This document shows positions 23,561-34,576 of a DNA stretch of 37,686 bases, in pieces. Position numbers and translations under genes: made by a program. A model generated the notes under the pieces. The model saw only the letters and a program-made list of their open reading frames with translations. It did no database searches and was not told the DNA's origin. Source of the DNA: Tricharina praecox (taxonomy: Eukaryota); contig NW_026250451.1 in NCBI RefSeq assembly GCF_024521635.1, positions 62,001 through 99,686 on the forward strand, given 5' to 3'. Position 1 is the stretch's first letter. Every line of letters starts with the position of its first letter.

Positions 23561-26500
23561 ATGCTAAAACGATTATTCGGCTGCTTTGGTATCGGAAAAA
23601 GCGAGCGGGAGGCCAGTCAACCAGCACCGATTAGTCGCAGGCGACGGGAGCGTGCACGGTCGACAGATGCCGCCTACTCAACCAGCGATAACGCGGCCGG
23701 GAGTCCAAGGGTGAAACAGCCCGGCAGCCCAAAGGCAAAATCTTCAGCCGGCAGCCCAAGGGTATCGGCGCCGCCTCCTTACCAGAGGCAAACACCACGG
23801 TCTCCCCGGCAACCAGCGACACCGCCTGTCGGACCTCCTCCGGCAACACCTTACCGGTCCAGAAAACGCGCCTGGAAGGATCGGCGTAGGAGTGCCGACC
23901 GCGGTGTGCCCCGCGAATCGAATCGGCAACGGCCGAAAACTGCGGCGACCGGAGGCGATACACGAGCCCAGGCGGGGAACGGACAACAGCCCGTCGCGCC
24001 GGCAGTCATCGAGACCGAAGACCAGTCACTATGGGGCAGGGCCATGGGGGGGCTGACTCCGAAGCAGCAGCGCTTGCTCACAAGTGTCAGCATCGCGACG
24101 AACAACCGCCAGATCGCGACCGACGTGCGAACCGTAATCGCGGAAATCGTGAAGAGCCGCAACGAAAAGGAATGGAATATTTCGTTCATGGGAAAGACAA
24201 TCCACATGAAAGAAATCGGTATGCGAATCCTCCAATGGGCCGACAGGTTCAAGAATATCGGCACCATCATCGCCCAATATGACCCCGTACACGCTGCCTT
24301 GCCATGGGCCGGATTTCGATTCTTGCTGCAGGTTAAAAAAACTCCCTCCATTCCCTGATCGTTCCGAGATATCGTGGTCCGTCATGGCTGACGATGATGA
24401 TGAGCATAGGCCTGTTTGGAAAGGCGGCAGGCATTGGATGCGATATTGATTGGGATAGAGAAGACCGCCGGCATCATGGATCGCTGTGCCGTGTACGAAC
24501 ACGTCCACCTCGATTCCAACGAAGCAACAGCGGCCTCGCGAAACCTGGAAAATTCAATGTTCCAGCTCTACACGGAAATATTGGTATTCCTTACCAACGC
24601 CATAAAGAGATCGAATGGTGCGTTTCTAACCCCTATCACGTGGAAATTAACTGTGTCACCCCCTTTGCCTAACTGTTTCCCAGATGGCCACTTCAAGGCT
24701 ATATTCTCAACGGACCAGATTGCGGATTACTTTAAGACTGTCGAGGACCTGAACCACGCGGTTGCACTCAATGCTGATGCTGCCGGAACGCAAGGTATTG
24801 ACTCGAGTCTTGGTCGGAAATACCGCGGGAAAGAATGTTGACGATATCTAGATACACTATCTAGATATAATCAGTTTACAAGGTCTTTAGATAGCATACA
24901 GCGAGGGCTAGAAGGTATGCACAGAGTTTTCACAACTTCCAAATTGCCGGTGGCATCTACTCACGTTGAACTACTTAGCCTCCAGGAGGGCCGACATTCT
25001 GGAATGGATATCTGACATTCCGTACACGGCCCATCACAAGCGCATCAGCGAGAGCCGACTACAAAAAACATGCGAGTGGCTGTTCCTAAAGGACGAATAC
25101 CGCGAATGGACGTCTTCAAACTTTTCGCATCTGTTATTGCTGCGAGGAACTCGTAAGCTTCCCTTATTCCATCGCGAGAGTCGAAATCCTTTTCTAACCG
25201 GTGGTGTTTAACATCCAGCTGGAGCCGGCAAATCATACGTCGCCTCGAGATTCATCGATACTTTCCATGAAAAATGGACACCGGGAAAGCTGGCGTACTT
25301 CTACTGCGACCAAACCTCGGAAAAGCGTCAAGATCCCGAGAATATTCTGCACGCACTCATTCAGCAGCTCGCGCAGATCAGCGCCGAAGAGCTGTTGCAG
25401 CCGGTCGTCGATATCTACAACAATCGACAAAATAGGGGGCAGAAGTCTGCGCCGCTGAGCCTCGAGGAGAGCCAGTCACTTCTCGTTCAGCTCACGGATA
25501 TATACCCGCAGACGACGATTTGCATCGATGGCTTGGATGAAGTCGCGCCGGAGACTCGCGTAATCCTACTCAAGTCCCTAGCGAACATCATGCGGACCGC
25601 AAAGAACCCTCTCAAGATCTTCGCGACCAGTCGAATGGATCCAGACATTCCCCTGCTGTTCCATAAGGTTACCATGATCGAGTTACAACCTAGTGATAGT
25701 GTCAGAGACATTACCCGGTTTGTGGAGGAGAAGGTCCAGAGTGCCATCGATGACAAGCAGCTGCTTCTCGGCAATGCTGGTGGTGAGCTCAAGGCCGAGA
25801 TATGCAATATCCTCCGCCACCGATGCAAGGGAATGTAAGTTTGCAGTGACTCCGAGCGTGGGGGGACGAAAAAAATATGCTGACAGACAAATGTCAGGTT
25901 CCAACTAGCGGCTCTTCAGATCACGTTTCTCTGCGCCATGTCCACCGAGGAGGATGTAAGGAGGAACCTGAGGATGCTGCCACGAACACTGGACAAAGCC
26001 TACGACGAAATCTACGAACGCATCTGCAACCAGGAAGGCAGCGCCTCTCGTCTTGCACTGAACGCATTTCGATGGATCCAATTCTCCTACGAACCGTTAA
26101 GCTCGAAAGTACTCCTGGATGCGATCACGGTCAACGTTGGCAAATCGTACGAGTTTTCCCGTGAAGCCGCAGTGGGGCGCGACATGTTACTTAAGATTTG
26201 CCACAACTTGATCGTGTTCGACGAGAAACTGGACGTTTTCCGTTTTGCGCACCTGTCCGTTTCCCAATACTTGGCGAAGCACTTGTCCAACTCCCATACG
26301 GAAATCGCGAAAGTGTGCCTTTCATTGCTGTGCGCGCCTGGCTCTTGGGGTGGTTACGAAACCCTCTCGGTTACCGCAGGACGACGTCATGACAAGGGCC
26401 ACCTGTTGCTGTACTCCACAATGTTTTGGCCGTGGCACATGTCCGGATATCAAGACGAAAAGAAATGTCGGTTTCTTAACTCACTATACAAGTCCTTCAC

Positions 26501-28250
26501 AGCCAGGACCGGAAGTCACTACAACCGATGGCGCGATTACCATGTTCAGTGCGTTCAAGTCGATCCCTATCCGCCACCAGGCACGTTTTGGAGCAGAGTC
26601 GGTGCTCTGCGGGCGGAGAAGTACGACCTGCTTGCGTTGGCCTGTGTGTTCAATCTGCGAAGGATGTTTACCAGCGTATTCGAAGCCAAGCCGCCCGTGG
26701 AGACGACCCAGCAAGACCGATTACTCTGCCGGGCCTGCGAGTTCGGGGACCTTGCTATGGCACCGCTGCTCATCAACACAGGTGCCGACGTCTCGGCCAC
26801 CGACGAACACGGCAGGACACCGTTACACCTCGCCTTGGAGAGTGGAAACGAAGCGGTGGCACAACTGATAATTGACAGAGGAGCCGACGTGTCGGCCACC
26901 GGCGAGATAGGGAAGATACCGTTGCACCTCGCCGCCGAGAGAGGCCACAGGGCGATGGTACGACTGCTAATCGAGCGAGGCGCTGACGTCTCGACCGCCG
27001 ACGAACAGGGAAGAACTCCACTGCATATCGCTGCCCAGCGAGGACACACGGCGATGGCGCGGCTGCTGATCGAGCGAGGCGCTAACGTCTCGGCCGCCGA
27101 AACACACTACGGGAGGACACCGCTGCATCTCGCGTCGGTGGGTGGCCATCAGGCGGTCGCGGAGCTACTCATCGACAACGGAGCCGAAATATCCGCCGCC
27201 GATACACATTACGGCAGTACACCGCTCCATATCGCCTCGGAGAGCGGACATGGGGCTTTGGCGCGGCTACTGATCGATCGGGGAGCCGATGTCTCCGCCA
27301 TCGACAAAGTTTCCGGCAGTACACCGCTGAAGGGCGCATCCGAGTGGGGCCACGAGGAAGTAGCGCGACTCCTGATCAAAGCGGGAGCCGACGTCCTGGC
27401 TGCTGACAACCTTGGTCGGACACCGCTGCATCTTACGGCTGAGAGCGGGCACAAAAGGGTGGCACAGCTACTGATCGAATACGGCGCCGAGGTCTCGGCC
27501 GCCGAGGCGCGGGACGGAAGTACGCCGCTACATCTTGCTTCGGGGCGCGGACACGAAGCCGTGGTGCGACTGCTCGCCGACCACAATGCCGACGTGTCGG
27601 CTACAGACTATTCCGGGAGGACGCCATTGCACCTCACGTTGGAGAACGAGCACGAGGCAGTGGCTCGATTGCTGATCGAGCGGAAAGGCGACGTCTCCGC
27701 CGCCGATGTGACGGGGTCGACGCCGCTTCATCTCGCCTCCGAGGGCGGTTACGAGGAGGTGGCACGACTTTTGATCGACCGTGGAGCCGAAGTCCAGGCC
27801 ACCGACAAGTTGGAGGTAACACCATTGGCCTTGGCCTCGGAGACAGGGCACGACGGGGTGGCGCGACTGCTACTCGACAAGGGAGCCGACGTGTCGAGCG
27901 TCGAGAAGCTTCACGGCAGAACGCCACTGCATCTCGCGGTGAAGAACGGACACGATGCGGTCGCGCAACTCCTGATGGACAGGGGAGCTGACATCTCGGC
28001 CACGGACAAGGAAGGGAAGACACCGCTGTTCTTTGCGTCGGGAGGTGGCCACCACGCCGTGATAAAGCTGCTTACCGACCGGGGAGCCCCCATGTCGGCT
28101 CCCGTAGAACGCGCGAAGACACCACTAGTACCCGTCGTTTCGGGAAAATCAATTGTAACGCCCATGCAGCAGCTGCTCGGCTGGGCAGTTACGCGGGCTC
28201 CCATGATCTCTTCATCGGTGGACTCATCCTCCCTGCCCAACCCCCTCTAG
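23561..28250 (+). CDS. Fungal NLR-like STAND protein: disordered N-terminus, NACHT N-terminal helical domain, NACHT NTPase, winged helix, 14 ankyrin repeats; ~1431 aa; exons 23561-24331, 24410-24617, 24684-24794, 24852-24914, 24979-25152, 25219-25834, 25898-28250
   Basis: SLWGRA...FKNIGTIIAQYDPVHAALPWAGFRFLLQ (typical NACHT_N-type block); ILEWIS...TCEWL; spliced Walker A GTPGAGKS; AYFYC; Walker B ICIDGLDE; IFATSR; GMFQLAALQI; LPRTLDKAYDEIYERI; FRFAHLSVSQYL; G.TPLH.A...G repeats. Six GT-AG introns give 4296 nt in frame. The start codon is the least certain element. Confidence 0.9.
26713..28100 (+). repeat. Ankyrin repeat array (14 repeats of 33-34 aa)
   Basis: Consensus G(R/S)TPLH(L/I)A..xGH..(V/A)ARLLI(D/E)RGA(D/E)VSA.D, counted in ORF 25938-28250. 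Confidence 0.93.
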
Positions 28251-28915
28251 TTCGTATTTGTTTGTACATACGCTTGTCTTCTCCGATTCCCGCCTCCTAT
28301 ATACCCCGAGTCACAACCCCACATCTACTAGATGCAATCCCCATGATACCGTGTTTTCATCGACACGAAACTCGCTCCCTTTTCGAATGTACGGTTCGGG
28401 TCAATTCAAGTTTATATACCGCTCTTGCTTTCGTCTTCGTAGCGAGTTCCTCCATGCATGCTCACGAGTCACGAGCGACGAAAATACCCCGGAACTTACA
28501 TTCATACTCGCAAAAGAGCCGTATCGGTTGAGACGCCGAAACACAGCAAGACGAGGAAAATTGCGGTCAGAGTGACTTGTGTTGACGATCGGTGGGTGGG
28601 TGGGAAGGAGGGTGTGCATGAGATGGGGCTTTCAGTTCTCCCAGGGGAAGAGGGCGTTGGATAGAGACCGCCAACGTGGAGCAACGGGAAGACGTCACTC
28701 AACCAGAAGAGGGCTCGGGTGGGAAACGGAGCGGGGGACGGGGGATCGGATGCGTATCTGCTTTGCTTCGTGGAGAAGGCTTTCGAATGGGGCGGTGTCT
28801 AGGTATTTCGCCTCGGGTGATCAGGAGGGTGGGAGGTACCTATTGGAGGTATCGTGTACTTCACGGAGGACGGTAGTAGAAATAGATGAGAATCGCGAAT
28901 TCTAGCGATACAATC

Positions 28916-29339
28916 CAGTGTTCTACATAGACCAGACCGGTCGGCCGACCTGTCTAAGTCAGTCTGCCAAGACGCAGACCAGACCTTCGATTTTCCGGTC
29001 GAGATACAACTATGCAGACCAGACCGTGGTTGGCCGGTCAAGATATAAGTAAACCGACCAGACCCCCCTCGGCTAGGTCGGCCGACGTCGGCCGACGTCG
29101 GGTTAACTGTTAACTGTATCAGCCGCAAAATTTTCCATAGTTTCCGGCGGTGGTTAGAGCATTTCCGACGTGAAATGTTGTTTCTTAGCCCGACCTATCC
29201 CGACCCGACCTGAATATTTATAATCTGGATATATCCCGCCCCGACTAGACGGTAGACCTAAAAACTTTCCGTCGGGATATATCCCCACCTGACCAGACCA
29301 TACCCAAATTTGGTCGGGACTGGTCTATGTAGAACACTG
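28916..29339. mobile_element. hAT-superfamily MITE (424 bp), intact
   Basis: Perfect 20-bp TIR CAGTGTTCTACATAGACCAG / CTGGTCTATGTAGAACACTG. Perfect 8-bp TSD ATACAATC (28908-28915, 29340-29347). Subterminal GACCAGACC/CCGACC repeats and GGATATATCC palindromes. No coding capacity. Confidence 0.93.
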
Positions 29340-29483
29340 ATACAATCGTAATTTAGGACACATGAGAAAGCATAACAATTCGCTAAATTAGAACAAGTCC
29401 CAGTCGCCGTCCGGCGTCCGGTCCGTACCATGCGGCCCGTTGACTGTATCTGCAACGATATTTGATTCCATGTGTATGAGCTA

Positions 29484-29945
29484 CAGTACTAGGACAAAAA
29501 GGATTGGACAGTGGCCATTTTACACCAAAAATGGCCATTTTCAACCACTGATAAAACAGCCACAACGTATCGGAAAAATTCAGAGGCCGTCGGGAGACCT
29601 CTATAACTACACCTACAGCGATATGGGAGCTCCTCACGGAGTTCTGAATTGTTGTTGTGGAGCAGTACCATACGGGGCAAAAGTTAATGGTTGCTAAGTA
29701 GCTTTTTGTATGGGAGCCCTATACAAAATGTAATATCACTTTTCAACTCCTGCACAATACAACGTCGTACAGCCCACTCCATGATGAAAGTCTTCAAAGT
29801 TTTTATTGATGAAGAAGCTTGTGATTCTAACGCTTCTGTAAAAGAGACGATTTTTTCGACCAGATGAAGGTATGTTTGGGTTGCATGAAAATGGCCATTT
29901 TTGGTGTAAAACAGGCTTTGTCCAATCCTTTTTGTCAGGGTACTT
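29484..29945. mobile_element. Tc1/mariner-type MITE (~460 bp), aged
   Basis: ~58-bp imperfect TIRs: CAGTACTAGGACAAAAAGGATTGGACAGTGGCCATTTTACACCAAAAATGGCCATTTTCA versus right end (reverse complement) AAGTACCCTGACAAAAAGGATTGGACAAAGCCTGTTTTACACCAAAAATGGCCATTTTCA. TA at 29482-29483 and 29947-29948; right terminus degenerate. Confidence 0.85.
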
Positions 29946-30629
29946 TTATGTTGCCAGCTCGCTGGGTGTAATAGTATGATTGTGTTTACATATCATACTT
30001 CCCAATATTCATCTAACCATGATGTCTAATCGTTTGACTTTCCGTAGAGAACACATCCACAGATGGTACCAACATACAGCAGCGGGTCTACCACCACCGG
30101 ACAGGAACATTGTTGGATTGATATTAGAGCATTTGGGACCGGGTTTTGGGGGGTTTATCTTGTGGTATAAATGGTTTACTGGCAGGAAACACTTCTACTG
30201 TGTAAATGAAGCTATTGTTTTACGCCTTCATAGTGTAACCATGTCTTTCGCTGGTTATCCACGGCACTGCTTCCTTGATTGAGCCTAATGCACTACGATA
30301 GAACACCACCTACACCTATCACGGAGAACCTCATATTTCCTCGACACACCACAGAATTAATTAGGTATTTTCCACAACGTTTTCTGATGATTTTTAACAG
30401 GCCAATTAACTTTTCCCAGAATCATATTTGGAGTTATGGTTGAGGGGGAAGCCTGTTGTGGTGTGGGGCGGCTTTCTCCCTTTCGTTTTCTCTGATGGTA
30501 ACTATACTCTAGCTTCTCTTCACGTACCTATGATACACTGCGCACAGGACAAAACCTTAGGATCCATCGTTCGCTCCCTGTTCGGAATCCCATCATCCAC
30601 TATTATGCACATACATCCAACACCATTAA

Positions 30630-32439
30630 CTAACTTTGAATCTTCCCAGCCTCCGTTTCTGGCACTAGCAATGCTTCCGCCGCCTCTTTAAAATACTTGG
30701 GACCTTGATATCTCCCCTTCCCGTGCACGAACCACCACACCGTGACCAAGAAGATCAACCCACCGGTGGTGACGGAAGTATCTACAACAGCCATCAGTCT
30801 CGTTCCCTAATCGATACACCCAGACCTGGGATAAAGAAATGGGGTGAGAGTGGGGAGGGGGGGGGGGGTGCTCACAGTTCATGTTCTGCACAGTAGCAGG
30901 TATCACGAAGGGAAAGCAGAAGAGCACCACGGTGGCGGCAATGTACACCAACGAAGCGATATTGATCGGCCAGCCCCACCTCCCAAGGTGGAAAGGCCCC
31001 GGAACGATGGTGCGGCGCTTGGTTAGGACGTGTGGCAGGATCGCTGCTGCGTAGGATAGCGTTGAGAGGACGATGTAGGAGGTGATCAACGCGGAGAAGG
31101 CTGTGGTTGAGCCGATGTAGAGACAGCCCATGCAGGTTGTTACTCCCGAGACAGCGATGGTGGCGCGCAGCGGAGAGCCGAAGGTGGGTGAGATGTGGTG
31201 GAAGAACGGTGAGAACGGAGCCGCATTGTCGCGGGAGAGGGCCCAGAAGGTCCTGCCACCGGTGGTGAGGGTGCCGATCTGTGTTGGGAAGGTGGATATG
31301 AAGAGGACAGCGGTCAGGCCGATGGCTCCGGCGGTCGAACCTGTTGCTTGACGGTATATCTCCGCTGTGGGAAAATTGGAGGGAGAGTCGAGGACTGCGC
31401 CGATGTCGTTGATAGAGTAGAAGAGAGCGATGAGGTACACGAAAGCGGTGACGAAGGAGGAGCCAATCTGTAACATTATGCCTTTGGGGACGTTCCTTTC
31501 CGGCTCGTTTATCTCTTCGGACAGGTGAGACTGACAGTCCGGGGTGCCCACGGCGAAGGCAGCATTGATCAGACCGAGGAGGAAGCATATGCCATCATTG
31601 TTCCATCCAGTCAGGTCTGTGTACTCCTTCCACACAAACTCGTTCGAGGCATGTCTCCCACGAGGCATGATGGACAGCATCAAGACCGAAATGACAAGGC
31701 CGGAAAGTGAGACCCACAACGACACTTTGTTGATGAAAGGGAGCAATCGATTCCCGAAGATGACGATGCAGCAACACATCCAATTTACCATCTGAAAGGC
31801 GATGAACACCTGCCAAGGATGCCATTCGACACCCGGGTTGCTGAGAAGATACATGGCGACGAGCTCGTTACCGAGGATCGACGATATTGACGACGCCGAG
31901 AGCAGCCAGCCACACATGTTGAGCCATCCTGCGAACCATCCAATCACACGCCCGTACTTTGGGCCAGCAGTGACTGATGCCCAGTGATACACACCTCCCG
32001 CCGACGGAATCGCAGAGACAAGCTCCGCTAGCGATGCGGAGATGAGCGTATAGAATATGGAGACCACGATTCTGAGGATGTCAGATCGTCGTCTTGTACT
32101 CTCTCTCTCTAACGGCCATGGCCAAATATCACTCACAATCCGTACAGCACCGCCATGGGGCCACCATTAAAGATCGCGACGACAATCGTTCCGCCGGTAG
32201 CGGCCCAAGCACTATAAACCCAGCCGATCAGTAAACCCTCTCAGGCACCGATCAGACGGAGAACCGTACTTGGCAATGATAAATCCCAAACCAGTGAGAC
32301 TGAAAAGATCAAAATTCCGTCCCAGCTCCTGCTTGTGGCCCAAGACCGTCTCAATCTTGATCGCGTCGGCATCGTGACTCGAGAATCCCTTGTTGCTGCT
32401 CCCGTTCGTAACTTTCCTTTCCGATTTCTCGGAGGCCAT
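30630..32439 (-). CDS. APC-superfamily amino-acid/choline permease (ACT family, Hnm1/Uga4-like), ~530 aa; exons 32439-32270, 32211-32137, 32071-30876, 30781-30630
   Basis: GHKQELGRNFDLFSL, NGGPMAVLYG, SLAELVSAIPSAGGVYHWA, GWFAGW, HLSEEINEPERNVPKGI, GPFHLGRWG and spliced NMNYTSV...WWFVHGKGRYQGP. Multiple hydrophobic helices. Three GT-AG introns, 1593 nt in frame. Confidence 0.93.
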
Positions 32440-34227
32440 GGCGCGGGTTGGTGTGGCAAGCGTGTGTATGGCACGTAGAAGGATAGCTTGCGGGAAGATT
32501 TGCGACGATGTTGCGAATGAGGAAAAAGAGAGGAGAAGACAATGTAGCCCGAGCCTGAAGAACAAAGCGGGAGAAGCCTGCAGGATAATCCTAAACTGCC
32601 GTCAGAAAATCGCACACGCCGGACGACCGAAATTCGCTAGAGCCCTATCTATTTTTGCCCCACAACTGGGTCCCGGGCATCACCGCGATATTTCGACTAA
32701 CATGCAGCCACTGTCCGGGCTGCAGAATTTCGGGATCCCAGTCATATGCGCATCCCTCGCGATTTATTGCCCGGGATCCTCTGCAGTAGGAAGTCGCCGA
32801 ACCCGCCCCAGATCCCAATACTAGTTGCTGACGGCCACCTTCTGCCGTATGCTGATGTTTCACTTTCCGCACTATCGTATAGTTGGCGCTGGAAAGATCC
32901 ACTGTACTATTATCTGCGGATGTCTTCCTGTTCACCAGTCCCTGCGTCAAAGCGATGCTGGAACACGACTTGATGTGTGCGTGGAGGGGAGTGGTAGAGT
33001 GTCACGGCGAAATTGGTCTGTGCCAGACATCAATAATTGCCACCACCGATCTTTGATGCCCCACTTGCAGTTCTCAAAGGGATGACTTCATAGCGTTTCT
33101 CGGTACCCACTCGTAGCGTTGTTCAGAATGACCGCAGCGCAGCCTTGCCCTATCTCTCCTTGATAATTTCGGCGGAAACACCACTCTCTCGGCTTCCCCA
33201 ATGACGGTTTTACCACTAGGTAACCATCTGCCATCATCATCTCGGACGGGACAGGCTCCTCCGATTGAGTAAGGAAAGCCGAATAAGAGAGATAATGAAT
33301 GCGGAGCCTAGGCCGAATCTTTGTCCTTGTGTTTAATCATTAAGACTACCCCGAATCAGCCTCTGACTACATACGTGCCCGCTATTGATGGCGAGTGACC
33401 TCATATGGTTACCACTTACGGCGGATAAACCACACATACCACCAGACATGTTTGGCGGTGGCTTCAAATGCTCCGAGGGGCCTGGAATATGGCCTGGCTG
33501 CTGGACAGATGTCGGCTTACTTATCAGTACCCATGCGATTGAGCCCGGTCTCAACGCTAATGCGCAACCTACCAGCGCTTCGTTGTAGTGCAGGTCGTCG
33601 TCAACCTCAACTCAGGCTTGATGATGCTAGTGGTAGGTGTCTTCCTAGTCCTCTAGGCGAAGATCAGCTCAAGACGACGGTTGTTCTCGTAGCGATGTTC
33701 GGCCTCGGCTTCTTCACGGTCCTTGCCTCCATTCAGAGCAAATAAATTGCGTAGTTACCTGCGGGGAAACCCATCTTCATGCATTGCCACATCCGCGAGG
33801 CAGCGGCCGCTAACTCCGTGGCAAGCATACCGTTGCTGTGGCTGCTGTTGAAGCCCCTCCACCGCTGCTGCCCTGCGGGGAGCTTGGCTGGTAGTATGTA
33901 CTTCCGCTATTCGTTTCCTTGCGAAGCCTTCCGGTACAAGGGGGAGACGGTATCTGCGGTAGTTCCAGTAGGGTGAGTAGTATGGCAAGTGGGAGGGAGA
34001 GTACCAGTACGACGAGAACATATCCGCAGTGGAGCAATTGCTTCATCCGCGGCGGGCCGTGCAGGGCGAGGAGCAGTGGGAGGGAAACGTTATTCGTGAA
34101 GGGTCCAGCGGAGGGAGGAGCTGTAGTCGTATGTAGCAGGAGACACTATCGGCGGTGGCTACAGCTGAGCGAGGAGAGGTGGTAGCAGCTGGGCTATCCG
34201 CGACAGGACTAGCAGGGTGAGGAGCAG

Positions 34228-34576
34228 CAGTGTTCTACATACACTAGTCCCGACCAATTTTGGGTATGGCCGGGTTGGTCGGGATATATCCCGACCAAAA
34301 AAAACTTGGTCTGGTCGGTCGAGTAAAATCCCAAGCATGACTTATCAGGTCGGGTCGGGATAGGTCGGGCTGAGAAACAACATTTGAAGCCTCAAATAGT
34401 CTAAAAACCGCTAGAAACTAAGGATTACTTTGCGACTGATATGATTAGCAGTTAACCAAACAACGGCCGACGTGGGCCCACTGAGCCTAGCAAGGTCTGG
34501 TTGATTGGGATATATCCCGGCCTCCTGAACCGTAGGTCTGGTCGGTCACGGTATATCCCGACAGGCAAAAGGTAGG
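34228..34576. mobile_element. Second, diverged copy of the hAT MITE, inverted relative to 28916-29339 and cut off ~65 bp short of its other end by a later insertion
   Basis: Starts CAGTGTTCTACATACACTAGTCCCGACCAATTTTGGGTATGG and is colinear with the reverse complement of copy 1 (e.g. TCAGGTCGGGTCGGGATAGGTCGGGCT.AGAAACAACATTT) up to ...AAAAGGTAGG, where unrelated TGTGATAC begins. Confidence 0.88.
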
